Virus genome (UHGV): UHGV-0363627
Length of the DNA stretch: 64,000 bases
Source of the DNA: a virus
Strand: one strand, 5' to 3'
In this document: positions 30,867 to 39,805 of the stretch, piece after piece
Layout of the letters: the number at the start of each line of letters is the position of its first letter
How positions within the stretch are numbered: position 1 is the stretch's first letter
Notes under the pieces: model-generated
What the model saw: the letters and a program-made list of their open reading frames with translations, nothing else
Told to the model about the DNA's origin: nothing
Databases searched by the model: none
Made by a program: the position numbers and the translations under genes

Positions 30867-31157
30867 TTATCTCTTATATTGTTTCTTACTATTAGTCATT
30901 ATAGCTTGTTTCATAGTACGTTTGTTTTCCGTTCTATCCTCTACGGGCAAGCTATCCTGAACTTCAACCACTTCATCATTTGTCATAATTCTTGTATATC
31001 CTTTATAATTACATAAGTAATCAATTTTTCCAGATATAGAATTACTCATTCTCACACCTTTACTAATTCTAACAGTTTTGTCATTAGTTACAATTTTAAT
31101 TCCATTAATTGCTTTCAGTGCTTTGATAACACTTACTTCATCATAATTTTTTGCCAT
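30867..31157 (-). CDS. hypothetical protein (96 aa) with in-frame motif insertion SLPVED
   Basis: ORF. Motif 30936-30953 flanked by 7-bp direct repeat AGGATAG. Confidence 0.4.
   Translation of the reverse strand: MAKNYDEVSVIKALKAINGIKIVTNDKTVRISKGVRMSNSISGKIDYLCNYKGYTRIMTNDEVVEVQDSLPVEDRTENKRTMKQAIMTNSKKQYKR
30936..30953 (-). repeat. Motif copy (R) ATCCTCTACGGGCAAGCT in CDS 30867..31157. 7-bp direct repeat AGGATAG on both sides (18-nt unit).
   Basis: Exact consensus. Confidence 0.85.
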
Positions 31158-31184
31158 ACTTTACATAAGTTTTAAATTAAACAA

Positions 31185-31225
31185 TAATATTAATAAAAGC
31201 AGAAGCAACACTAGTTACTTCTGCT
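31185..31225 (-). terminator. rho-independent terminator (stem AGCAGAAG / CTTCTGCT) downstream of gene 31256..31552, directly preceded by a motif copy
   Basis: 8-bp stem 31198-31205/31218-31225 followed on the minus strand by UUUAUUAAU. Confidence 0.5.
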
Positions 31226-31230
31226 ACAAA

Positions 31231-31250
31231 ATCTCCCCCGTAGAGGAATG
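31231..31250 (+). repeat. Motif copy ATCTCCCCCGTAGAGGAATG, intergenic, adjacent to terminator 31185-31225
   Basis: CTCCCCC variant, as at 8860. Confidence 0.75.
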
Positions 31251-31255
31251 TTAGA

Positions 31256-31552
31256 CTAATCAACCAACTCTAGTCCTAACATCTCTGCAACAACATTATA
31301 CTGTTCTTTTTCAAAATCTTCATCTTCTTCATAATGTTCAGCATCTTTAATAAATTCTTCATAACATTCTTTACAAAATGCCATATTAAGAACAGCTATA
31401 AAATATATAATCTCATTATCATCTTCAATAAGTTTATTACATTGGTCACAAATAAGTTTATTACCATAACCAAACTTACATTTATTTCTTGCTTCATCTA
31501 AAGTCAATTCTATAATAAGAAATCCTTTTTCATTTTCTATCTTTTTTACCAT
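31256..31552 (-). CDS. Zn-finger hypothetical protein (98 aa)
   Basis: CDQCNK ... CKEC. Confidence 0.4.
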   Translation of the reverse strand: MVKKIENEKGFLIIELTLDEARNKCKFGYGNKLICDQCNKLIEDDNEIIYFIAVLNMAFCKECYEEFIKDAEHYEEDEDFEKEQYNVVAEMLGLELVD

Positions 31553-31964
31553 AAACTAAATTATTAAATTCTTCAACACTAACAGTTTTATCCCAATCAA
31601 TTCCACCATGCTTATCAATTATTTGTTGAGCAACATCAATAGGTAATAAACCAACAGTAGTAGTAACATCTTCAGGACATTCTGCATATACTTTAAGAAG
31701 TTCTTCATCTTGATTAGGAAAACCAAATTCAACAGTTTCCATAGTATGACCTAAAGTTCTATAACCATTTTCAGAAGAACAATAATTACCATTATGTATT
31801 TGTAGACTTATACTAAACCCATCATTGCAAACAACACGAGGACAAAAGAACCAAGTATTATTATAAGTCATATTATCACCATAATACTTATTATACATCA
31901 TAATAGTAACACCTTTTTGAAATATAGACATTTGTATTAGTCTAAAGAAATGTATTAATTTCAT
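31530..31964 (-). CDS. hypothetical protein. Start trimmed to internal Met 36 of the 179-aa track ORF, to remove a low-complexity N-terminus and the overlap with the upstream gene.
   Basis: Starting at 31964 makes the gene abut 31966..32313. The N-terminal 35 aa of the long ORF look like AT-rich read-through. Confidence 0.35.
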   Translation of the reverse strand: MKLIHFFRLIQMSIFQKGVTIMMYNKYYGDNMTYNNTWFFCPRVVCNDGFSISLQIHNGNYCSSENGYRTLGHTMETVEFGFPNQDEELLKVYAECPEDVTTTVGLLPIDVAQQIIDKHGGIDWDKTVSVEEFNNLVYGKKDRK

Positions 31965-31965
31965 A

Positions 31966-32313
31966 TTATTTATCTTTAAATTGTTCACCAAACATTTGTT
32001 CAAAATCTTCTTTAGGACAAAGCATGATTCCGTTATTAGGAATAGCAACAGCTTCTTTTTTAATAGCAACTAATCTTCCTGTTCTATATGGATTTGCTTC
32101 TTGTTTTTCAACTTCAATGATAAATACGCCACCATCATCAATAACTTTTTGACAATCAGGACATATACTACCATCTACTATTTCTCTAGGTGCTTGAGTA
32201 TCTCCTTTAAGTCTACCAAACAAAGCAATACTATGATGTTTACCACAAATAAAACATTTAATCATACTTGGATTAAGACCATGATTTTTACTAAGTGTTA
32301 TATTTTTACTCAT
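31966..32313 (-). CDS. Zn-ribbon hypothetical protein (115 aa)
   Basis: CFICGKHH ... CPDCQ. Confidence 0.45.
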   Translation of the reverse strand: MSKNITLSKNHGLNPSMIKCFICGKHHSIALFGRLKGDTQAPREIVDGSICPDCQKVIDDGGVFIIEVEKQEANPYRTGRLVAIKKEAVAIPNNGIMLCPKEDFEQMFGEQFKDK

Positions 32314-32507
32314 ACTTCAAATATTATAGTAGCTCTATCAGCATTATAATTCAACTCTTTTATTCTCTCAATAATCATATCGCGATAATCATTTTTCAAA
32401 ACATGACAATCATCAGCAAGTTCTATCACACGTTCTAATTCTTCTATATCATTAGCTGCAACAAGAAGAACATTATTAGATTTATTAGTACATTTAAAAC
32501 ATTTCAT
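32310..32507 (-). CDS. hypothetical protein (65 aa)
   Basis: ORF, 4-nt overlap coupling. Confidence 0.35.
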   Translation of the reverse strand: MKCFKCTNKSNNVLLVAANDIEELERVIELADDCHVLKNDYRDMIIERIKELNYNADRATIIFEV

Positions 32508-32645
32508 ATCAATTATTTATTTCTATATTATATAAAAATTCAGAATGAGCCATTTATTTGACATCTGACGGACTTTCTCACAAAAGTAATACAAATTATC
32601 ACGATTGATATAAAAGTCTATCAGAAGTCAAAAGAAGTGGCAAAT

Positions 32646-32873
32646 TTAGGCTGTAGCGGTCAATAAGTATTCAGGAATCGCATGATACTGGGAATGACCA
32701 CATCGAATATCATAGTATATTGCATCAGTGTTATTATCATAAATAACATTAGCAATAACAACTTCACGTTGATTAGCCTTACAATGAACAGTTTCTCCTT
32801 TATGAAATTTAGCATATTTGCTAATAAGACTATCAACCATAACATCAGTTAAAAGGCTTGCAATAGTATCCAT
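32646..32873 (-). CDS. hypothetical protein (75 aa)
   Basis: ORF. The alternative-frame ORF 32660..32845 is rejected. Confidence 0.35.
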   Translation of the reverse strand: MDTIASLLTDVMVDSLISKYAKFHKGETVHCKANQREVVIANVIYDNNTDAIYYDIRCGHSQYHAIPEYLLTATA

Positions 32874-33044
32874 AGTTATTTCTTTTTTACTAAATAATCA
32901 TTATCTTTTTTATTTTTAGAATGAATACAACGAATCTTACAATATTCACAAGGTAAAATTTTTCCATTATGTTCTTCTAATATAACAAAATTATATTTAC
33001 AGTAATCTCCTTCTTTTACCATAATCAATATATTTAAATTAAAC

Positions 33045-33091
33045 AATAATCAAATAAAAAACCAGTACTATCTTCACAGACAATACTGGTT
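33045..33091 (-). terminator. rho-independent terminator (stem AACCAGTA / TACTGGTT plus U-tract) downstream of gene 33251..33700
   Basis: 8-bp stem 33060-33067/33084-33091. The minus strand continues UUUUUUAUUUG. Confidence 0.55.
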
Positions 33092-33250
33092 ACTAAAATA
33101 ATTAACACAATGTATTTATGCAGTTGTAATAACTCCAAGACTATTATAAATAGTTTAGACTTCATTTATCTCATCAGTTGGAGTGCAACTACTCCTACTT
33201 TCACAAGCAAGAGTAGTCTGTTTACTATGAAATTGCAGTTAAACATATAA

Positions 33251-33700
33251 TTATTTTTCAGATTTTCTTTTTTTTACAACAGCTTCAAGAATATCAGTCG
33301 GAATATCTTTAAATTTATCCATTAATTCATTAATATTATTATCAGCAATTTTATTAAATTCGCTTATGCTAACATTAATATTATGACATAAAGACTTATT
33401 AATTTTTACAATAGTATTAATAGCATCATTGACAACGCAATTAACATATTCAATTTCATCTTTTGTCATATCTTTAGCTATTGTAGCTTGCCCGTAGAGG
33501 ATTGACAGCAAATAAGCATAACTTAATGGACATTCTTGAGCTTTAACAACAGCTTCAAGAAAACCAGTTCTATCTTCATCATACTTTTTACAAAAATCTT
33601 CAATCCAAGCAATAGCATCTAAAAACTTTTCTTTATTAGTTTTAGCTATAACATCTTGCCCGTAGGGAATGTCAATCATAACAACTTTCTTCATATTCAT
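33251..33700 (-). CDS. hypothetical protein (149 aa) carrying two motif copies (IPYGQD, ILYGQAT)
   Basis: ORF. Motifs at 33485-33504 and 33653-33671 in the same frame. Confidence 0.45.
   Translation of the reverse strand: MNMKKVVMIDIPYGQDVIAKTNKEKFLDAIAWIEDFCKKYDEDRTGFLEAVVKAQECPLSYAYLLSILYGQATIAKDMTKDEIEYVNCVVNDAINTIVKINKSLCHNINVSISEFNKIADNNINELMDKFKDIPTDILEAVVKKRKSEK
33485..33504 (+). repeat. Motif copy AGCTTGCCCGTAGAGGATTG in CDS 33251..33700
   Basis: Consensus, preceded by the TTGT extension. Confidence 0.85.
33653..33671 (+). repeat. Motif copy ATCTTGCCCGTAGGGAATG in CDS 33251..33700. 6-bp direct repeat ATAACA 30 nt apart.
   Basis: Consensus. Confidence 0.8.
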
Positions 33701-33848
33701 TTTATTTAATTATTAAAACCAAATGCATTATCTTCACTAACATAATCTTCATAAAGACTACCAACTTCTATTTCTGATATATCTTTATTAACAACATCAG
33801 AATCAATACTAATAGTATTTTCTTCTTTATCAACAGTTTCTACATATT

Positions 33849-34076
33849 CTATAGCCATAAATCAATATATTTAATAATACCACTTATAGTAGCAAAAATT
33901 ACAACAACGCTAATAACAAATGTTATAATATCAAATAGCTTAACACCTCGACCATATCGAATATCAGATACAATACAACATATAACAAATACACTTATAA
34001 TAAGCATAACTAGAATAGCAACAATAAGTGCACTTAATACAAAGAGATTTATTATATAAGTCATATTATTTGGCAT
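33849..34076 (-). CDS. small membrane protein (75 aa, two TM helices)
   Basis: Hydrophobic stretches LFVLSALIVAILVMLIISVFVICCIV and ITFVISVVVIFATISGII. Confidence 0.45.
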   Translation of the reverse strand: MPNNMTYIINLFVLSALIVAILVMLIISVFVICCIVSDIRYGRGVKLFDIITFVISVVVIFATISGIIKYIDLWL

Positions 34077-34393
34077 TAATCCTCTACGGGCAAGCTACGA
34101 TTGACTTCTTTAGCAACAAATTCATCTAATAAAGCAGCAGTTCTATTACTAAATTCATCAAAAGCAGCAGTAAAACATTCAAGAAATTGTTTATTACTAT
34201 AACGATATTCTCGTTTAAGTCCATCTTTAATAATAATAAATCTATCTGCCAATAGAGATACATTTGCATCTTCACCAAAACATCTTTTCAGATATTCAAT
34301 AGTAACACCTCTAACATTAGCATTATTTCTAACAACATTAGACAAAGCTAATACATGAGCTGGAGTTTCAGGTTTTTCTTTTTTCTGTTTCAT
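34076..34393 (-). CDS. hypothetical protein (105 aa). The C-terminus is formed by a motif copy (…SLPVED-stop).
   Basis: ORF. Motif at 34079-34096 supplies the last 6 codons. Confidence 0.45.
   Translation of the reverse strand: MKQKKEKPETPAHVLALSNVVRNNANVRGVTIEYLKRCFGEDANVSLLADRFIIIKDGLKREYRYSNKQFLECFTAAFDEFSNRTAALLDEFVAKEVNRSLPVED
34079..34096 (-). repeat. Motif copy (R) ATCCTCTACGGGCAAGCT forming the last codons of CDS 34076..34393
   Basis: Exact consensus. Confidence 0.85.
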
Positions 34394-34517
34394 AACTAAT
34401 TAATTTAAAAGATTTACAACTACAAATATAATAATATTCTCACATATAACAATTATTATTACAATTATTATTTACAGCAATATAGTATATTATTATAACA
34501 GATGATGTTATAACTAT

Positions 34518-34573
34518 TGCTACAAATAAAGAAACCGCATAAGCTGTAACAAATGAAACAACTGTATGCGGTT
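34518..34573 (-). terminator. rho-independent terminator (stem AACCGCATA / TATGCGGTT) ending the long non-coding transcript downstream of gene 35018..35590
   Basis: 9-bp stem 34533-34541/34565-34573, then UCUUUAUUUGUAG on the minus strand. Confidence 0.55.
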
Positions 34574-34708
34574 ATAAAAATAAATATAATTGATATGGAA
34601 AATGTAATGTCAAGAGAGTTATTATTGAAAGTCTTATAGATAAATCAACAAAGGTAATAAACGAATAATAAATGGTATCATAATAAAGATAATAAAGGAC
34701 TAATAAAA

Positions 34709-34756
34709 GGTATAACAAAAGGTATAGCAAAAGATATAGCAAAAGATATAGCAAAT
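34709..34756. repeat. Four tandem 12-mers (GGTATAACAAAA GGTATAGCAAAA GATATAGCAAAA GATATAGCAAAT) in a non-coding locus
   Basis: Direct tandem repetition read from sequence. Produces the spurious LYLLLY ORF on the minus strand. Confidence 0.8.
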
Positions 34757-35017
34757 GAAGATATTGAAGATGAGATTATAACTAAAAGTTATAGGCATAT
34801 AACGAAAAGTTATAATGATGATGCAAGAGTAATTCGAGCAGAAGATATAATAACAATTAGAATAATGAGAGTTAGAGTTGTAAGAGAAGCAATTAGAGTA
34901 AGAATAATAGTAGTAAGAATTATAGCAGCAAGATATAGAAGTTTATTAGGAAGAGGATTAGGAAGTGGAGCAGTAGGAATAGCTCCAGGTACTCATGCTC
35001 ATTCTCCTCTTCTATTA

Positions 35018-35590
35018 TTAATCAGCTTTAATTTTACCACTAGCTGTTATTAATTTATCTAAATCTTTTTCTTTATACATATCATTATAATCTTGTATAA
35101 ATTCTTCTCTTTTACCATAAAATAGTTCATTATGATTAATAACAACTTTATGAATATCGGTTGTAAGACGAATTATATTATCTCTTTGCAATTTATAAAG
35201 TGCATCTCTAACAAATCTCGTATTTTTACAAATATGTTCATAATCATTTTTATTAATGACAATAACATTACTGTTCCATTTAAGATTTCTAATAAGAACT
35301 TTAATAGTTTTATGAACATATTTATCAGCTGCATCATCTATATCATTCAATCTATCACTAATTTGTTTATATGATACACCTATAGGTTTAGATTCTATAC
35401 CTCTTAATAGTCTATGACCAAATTGTATATCTTGTTCGACATCTTTATAATTATATTGAACATTAAAAGGAGTAGGGAGTATAGTATTTGAACTATTAAC
35501 AATAGAATTAATATATCTACTTTCTGTATTAGCAAGAGCAATTTTATTAGCTTTAGTAAGTTTTTTAGTATCGAATTTGAATGTTGGCAT
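35018..35590 (-). CDS. hypothetical protein (190 aa), paralog A of a duplicated cassette
   Basis: Aligns with 35891..36481 (NLKWNSNVIVINKNDYEHI / NIKYNSNVIVISDDDIDAI etc.). Confidence 0.5.
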   Translation of the reverse strand: MPTFKFDTKKLTKANKIALANTESRYINSIVNSSNTILPTPFNVQYNYKDVEQDIQFGHRLLRGIESKPIGVSYKQISDRLNDIDDAADKYVHKTIKVLIRNLKWNSNVIVINKNDYEHICKNTRFVRDALYKLQRDNIIRLTTDIHKVVINHNELFYGKREEFIQDYNDMYKEKDLDKLITASGKIKAD

Positions 35591-35830
35591 AGTTGTATAG
35601 TTATTAGTTATTAATTATAGTTATCAGTGCAAATATAGGAATAAAATGTATAATAGCTATACAAATTATAGAGAAAATTATAAAGTGTATAGTAAATATA
35701 CATTTTGCTGCATGAGCCAGATACAAAAATGTATAGTAACTATACAAAACATAATATCGTAAATCGCTGATACAGAGGCTTGTAGCTGCTTTACACCAAA
35801 ATCTATATAGATATATAGAATATTTTATTA

Positions 35831-35888
35831 TCAGCTATATCATCAACAACATGACAACTCTTATCACCAACTCCAGCAACGACAACAT
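35831..35888. repeat. 58-nt element, copy 1 (TCAGCTATATCATCAACAACATGACAACTCTTATCACCAACTCCAGCAACGACAACAT), about 240 nt upstream of paralog gene A
   Basis: 57/58 identical to 36711-36768. Confidence 0.85.
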
Positions 35889-35890
35889 CA

Positions 35891-36481
35891 TCATTTTATA
35901 ACTATTCTACCATATTTATTTGTCTCAATATCTTTATTTTCATATAACTTCTTATAATGTCTCATAAATTCATCATATCTACCATAAAGAATATATTTAG
36001 GATTAATAATAAATGTATCTTTTTTAGTAGTTCTAGCTAAAACTTCATAAGAACATAATTGTCGAATATTACGGTCAAAAACTTGTTTATTTTTAGTAAT
36101 AGCATCTATATCATCATCACTAATAACAATAACATTACTGTTATATTTAATATTACGAGCAATAAATGCAACAATATTAGTAGCTATTTCTGATTTAATA
36201 TCAGATAATACTCCAAATATATTAGGTGAAACAATACAATATTTACCTCTTTCATAAGTAATACAATCAATATTAAATGTACTACCATCTGCTAGAATAA
36301 ATGCTTTAGTTTTAACATATTCTTCAAGATTAATATCAAAAGGCATAGGTTTAATAAGTTTTACCCATTTAGTAGCATCATCAAGTTCAGAAGAAACATA
36401 ATTAGCAACAGCTTGTTTTTCTGTTTTAGTAAGTCCTTTAATAGCTGGATTACTAGAAAAATTAAATATTGGTTTTTTCAT
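35891..36481 (-). CDS. hypothetical protein (196 aa), paralog B of the duplicated cassette
   Basis: See paralog A. Both copies have a near-identical 58-nt element about 240 nt upstream. Confidence 0.5.
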   Translation of the reverse strand: MKKPIFNFSSNPAIKGLTKTEKQAVANYVSSELDDATKWVKLIKPMPFDINLEEYVKTKAFILADGSTFNIDCITYERGKYCIVSPNIFGVLSDIKSEIATNIVAFIARNIKYNSNVIVISDDDIDAITKNKQVFDRNIRQLCSYEVLARTTKKDTFIINPKYILYGRYDEFMRHYKKLYENKDIETNKYGRIVIK

Positions 36482-36710
36482 AATTGAATACTTTAGAGTG
36501 ATTAAATAAATGATTTTGCGAATATATCATCTGTATTCGATATTTACAAGTAATAATAGGTATAAAATTCTATATGTACTCAAAAGTATATAGTTTGTAT
36601 GAGCCAGTTATAAAGTTGATACTTTGGAGTATCAATTTTTTATAGCTAAAATGCTGATAATCAGACAGATAAATGAAAAAATTGCATCTTATAGATATAT
36701 AGTAATATCA

Positions 36711-36768
36711 TCAGTTATATCATCAACAACATGACAACTCTTATCACCAACTCCAGCAACGACAACAT
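36711..36768. repeat. 58-nt element, copy 2, about 230 nt upstream of paralog gene B
   Basis: 57/58 identical to 35831-35888. Confidence 0.85.
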
Positions 36769-36982
36769 TATCTTTTATGTCATTAACTCGACAACCGCCA
36801 ACGCCACCAACCACGTCACCGCAACGCTTAGCACCAACTCCAACAACGCTGCAAGCAATTTTATGTTATTATTTCGAGTTGCACTACTATCATCAGCATT
36901 GTTTATGTTATTATTATGAGAAGCCACAGTAAAACTATCTAAAAGAAAAGGCAGAGTAACCGTAGTCACTCCGCCAACTTCT

Positions 36983-37678
36983 TTAGAATGGAACTTCTTC
37001 TGTTGTAGATTCTGCACTTGCTAACAATGCTGCACGATTTGCTTTAGCTGCACGAGCTGATTTCATAGCCTCACGCATCATCTCTCTTGTATCAGCAATA
37101 GCATCACGATATGCTTGAACAAGAAGTTCATCAGTCGGTTGCTCAACACCTACAACATGATAAATATATCTGTCATACTCTTTCACGCCGTACTTATTCT
37201 CCTTACGAGTAAAAGGATTCTGAGCATCAACACCAGCTGGAACAAATTCAGCAAGAATATTCATAGTCAAACCAGCAATATATTGGTCACCAAAGCCAAC
37301 TTCGATAGCATCAGCAATATACTTGATAAATCTACCAAAGAACTGATTACCTCTCATTGCCAATTCAAGCTGCCAATACGGCATCTGAATAGTACGAATA
37401 TAAGCTGGTTGATAAACACCATTAGCATCTTTAGCAACGCCAATAATAGGTTTGTCCAAAGTCATGAACAAATTCCAATATTCCTTGCCAGTTTTGCCAT
37501 TACGTTTGTCAAGCTGAACAGATGCAATAGTAACAGTAAGGTCTTTGTTAGCTTGATTGCCTTTCAAAGCTGCTACAATTTCATCGTAAGGCTTTGCCGG
37601 CACAGGAGTAACATTATTAGCTACTGCATTGTTAGCTGCATTACCATTCACATTCTGAGTTGTTTTATTTGTTGCCAT
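36983..37678 (-). CDS. putative single-stranded DNA-binding protein (SSB-like; acidic C-terminal tip …TTEEVPF)
   Basis: 231 aa. N/Q-rich N-terminus, beta-rich middle, C-terminal acidic tail ending in PF. GC content locally elevated. Confidence 0.4.
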   Translation of the reverse strand: MATNKTTQNVNGNAANNAVANNVTPVPAKPYDEIVAALKGNQANKDLTVTIASVQLDKRNGKTGKEYWNLFMTLDKPIIGVAKDANGVYQPAYIRTIQMPYWQLELAMRGNQFFGRFIKYIADAIEVGFGDQYIAGLTMNILAEFVPAGVDAQNPFTRKENKYGVKEYDRYIYHVVGVEQPTDELLVQAYRDAIADTREMMREAMKSARAAKANRAALLASAESTTEEVPF

Positions 37679-37805
37679 AATAATTAAGTATTAAATTGTT
37701 AATAATAAATTATACCGACACACATCATCGGCAAAATCTTTTATGTCATTAATATGAGATGTCACATTTTAGTTAAGCTGGTATAACACCAGCCCAACCA
37801 TTAAT

Positions 37806-38069
37806 TTAATCTGTGACATAAAGCACATTAGTAAGAAAAGCACAACCACTAACTATAGCACACAGCATCGCATTAACACTATCTACATGATAATAATTAA
37901 GATAAGCAATCGCAAATACCACAGCTACTATTAGCAAGAAGATAGTAGCCAAAGACTTCAAGATAATCTTTTTCATGATTAATAATTTAAAAAGGATAAA
38001 TATCGTCATCATCAATGACATTATAACTCTCAGTTGTGGTATTTTCATCTTCGATGATTTTCTCACCAC
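37806..38069 (-). CDS. small membrane protein (87 aa)
   Basis: Hydrophobic helices. First gene of the minus block next to the switch region. Confidence 0.4.
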   Translation of the reverse strand: MVRKSSKMKIPQLRVIMSLMMTIFILFKLLIMKKIILKSLATIFLLIVAVVFAIAYLNYYHVDSVNAMLCAIVSGCAFLTNVLYVTD

Positions 38070-38238
38070 ATATAGCTTCTATTAAAGCGTCTGTAAAATT
38101 ATTTTCTATATATTCCATGATTATCAGTTTTAGCACAATCAACACCGACTGCAAAATCTTTTATGTTATTACCATGAGAATAATCAACTTTGTTATTTTC
38201 TCTGTCTTTAGCATACGGGGGTATCTAATTCAATTTTA

Positions 38239-38252
38239 AGACCCGGGGGTCT
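38239..38252. promoter_or_regulatory. G/C-rich near-palindromic box AGACCCGGGGGTCT, the first of three G-rich boxes in the switch region. The others are GAAGGAGGTGAAC at 38455-38467 and ATAGGGGAGGGGGCTG at 38683-38698.
   Basis: GC islands in an otherwise about 25% GC intergenic region. Each is followed by a degenerate 35-40-nt direct repeat (…ATAGCTTCATTTTTATAACTATAAATTC / ATAGCCTCACCTTCACAACTATAAACTC…). Confidence 0.4.
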
Positions 38253-38789
38253 ATCATACATAGCTTCATTTTTATAACTATAAATTCTAAATTCAACTAT
38301 AAATTCCACTACAAACTCTACTACATTTTCATCATTCAAATCATTATAATTTTTACTTTATTCTTCACCTGCTTTATTACTTGAATTATTTTTAATATCC
38401 TTATCATAATCACCTATTATATAAGAGGATGTTCAATCACTTTTAGAAGGAGGTGAACTATATATAGCCTCACCTTCACAACTATAAACTCAATATAATT
38501 TATTACTTCATCTCTAGTCTTATCTTTATTTCTTTAATTTTTATACCTATTTTTATTATCTCTGTTTCATCATCTTCATTATTTTACTTTATAATTTTTA
38601 TCATCTTTATTTTCTATCATCTTTATTTTCTATTATATTATTTTCTTATTTCTTATTTCATTCTTTTTTATTATCTATAAATATAGGGGAGGGGGCTGTT
38701 CAATCATCATCTTTAATAGAGGGTTTATTATATTCACCTTCTCTTTTATATTTATCTTTATTATTTGCTATCTCTTTGTTGTTTATTGT

Positions 38790-38806
38790 ATCTTGCCCGT
38801 AGAGGA
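38790..38806 (+). repeat. Motif copy ATCTTGCCCGTAGAGGA in the divergent switch region. Loop of a perfect 8-bp hairpin TATTGTAT/ATACAATA (38784-38791 / 38811-38818).
   Basis: Consensus core. Confidence 0.8.
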
Positions 38807-38869
38807 TATTATACAATATCTACAACTTCATCTTCTATTATATCTTCTGTTATATTAGCTGTAAACCTG

Positions 38870-38990
38870 CCTTTATATTAGCTTATTATAGCTATATATA
38901 ATTATATTATTATATAATATATAATATAGATAATATATCTATATAAGATATATAATATAAGATAGATTTATATAGATGTTATTAATCATC
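38870..38990. repeat. About 120-nt almost pure A/T low-complexity tract (TATA/ATAT-type) in the divergent switch region. Candidate DNA-unwinding element.
   Basis: Near-absence of G/C over about 120 nt. Confidence 0.6.
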
Positions 38991-38994
38991 TTAA

Positions 38995-39234
38995 TTGTTA
39001 AAAGTTGTTACAGCTATTGTTTATCTCGATAATATTACTTATAATTGTATTGATGAAATTATAAATGATAATGATATGAATAAAGTTATTGAAAAAGCTG
39101 AAGCATTTATAAGTAAAAATAAAAGACAAAATGCTGCTATAAAAGCTAAAGAAGAACCTAAAGAAGAAATTAAAGTTAAAACCAATAGAAAGTTTAATCT
39201 TGGAGAACTAGGAATTAATTGTATAACCAAATAA
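38995..39234 (+). CDS. hypothetical protein (79 aa), first gene of the plus-strand block
   Basis: ORF. Confidence 0.4.
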   Translation: MLKVVTAIVYLDNITYNCIDEIINDNDMNKVIEKAEAFISKNKRQNAAIKAKEEPKEEIKVKTNRKFNLGELGINCITK

Positions 39235-39773
39235 AATTATTGATTATGTTGAAAATTAAGAGTGACTTAAAGAATTACGGAATTGTAGTTCCTACTAGTA
39301 TTAATGAAATTAATGCTGATTATTTTGAAAAATTATTGAAAGATGTAGAAGTTGCTGAACACTATTCTATTGTAGCTATTTGCTATAAAGATAAATTGTT
39401 TAATTGTGCAATGAGTGTTAAAACTGATTCTAATATTAAAGTTGATATTACTCCAATTATTGCTAAATCTAATAAATATAAAACTTGTGATAGACCTATA
39501 ATGGATAGTTTGTCTATTGAAAGAGGAACACATTTTTATATTCCAAATAATATTAATAGTTTTGCTTCTGTTGGTAAATATTGTGCAGATGATAAAGACC
39601 TTTATATGTCTATTATGAATGGTTCTTATTTTAAGAAAAGTAATGAAACAAATATTGAAGCTAAGAATAATGCTCCTGATTGTTATTTTATAGAATATAA
39701 AGTTATTCCTAACTGTGATATTAAAGCTGTATATTCTAAAGATGCTAAATTTGAGAGTATTATGAAGTTCTAA
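39219..39773 (+). CDS. hypothetical protein (184 aa)
   Basis: ORF. A motif copy sits immediately after the stop. Confidence 0.45.
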   Translation: MYNQIKLLIMLKIKSDLKNYGIVVPTSINEINADYFEKLLKDVEVAEHYSIVAICYKDKLFNCAMSVKTDSNIKVDITPIIAKSNKYKTCDRPIMDSLSIERGTHFYIPNNINSFASVGKYCADDKDLYMSIMNGSYFKKSNETNIEAKNNAPDCYFIEYKVIPNCDIKAVYSKDAKFESIMKF

Positions 39774-39774
39774 C

Positions 39775-39792
39775 ATTCCCTACGGGCAAGCT
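39775..39792 (-). repeat. Motif copy (R) ATTCCCTACGGGCAAGCT immediately after the stop of CDS 39219..39773
   Basis: Exact consensus. Confidence 0.85.
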
Positions 39793-39805
39793 ATAATTAG
39801 ATAAT

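Noticed and set aside
32508-32700. GC-richer intergenic segment containing GGCTGTAGCGG…CTGGGAATGACCA as a possible degenerate motif copy
   Set aside because: Only loose resemblance (GTAG…GGAATGAC) to the consensus. Not counted.
34572-35053. ORFs 34572..34754 (-) MLYLLLYLLLY… and 34865..35053 (+) MRVRVVREAIRVRII…
   Set aside because: Both are periodic translations of tandem DNA repeats in a non-coding locus.
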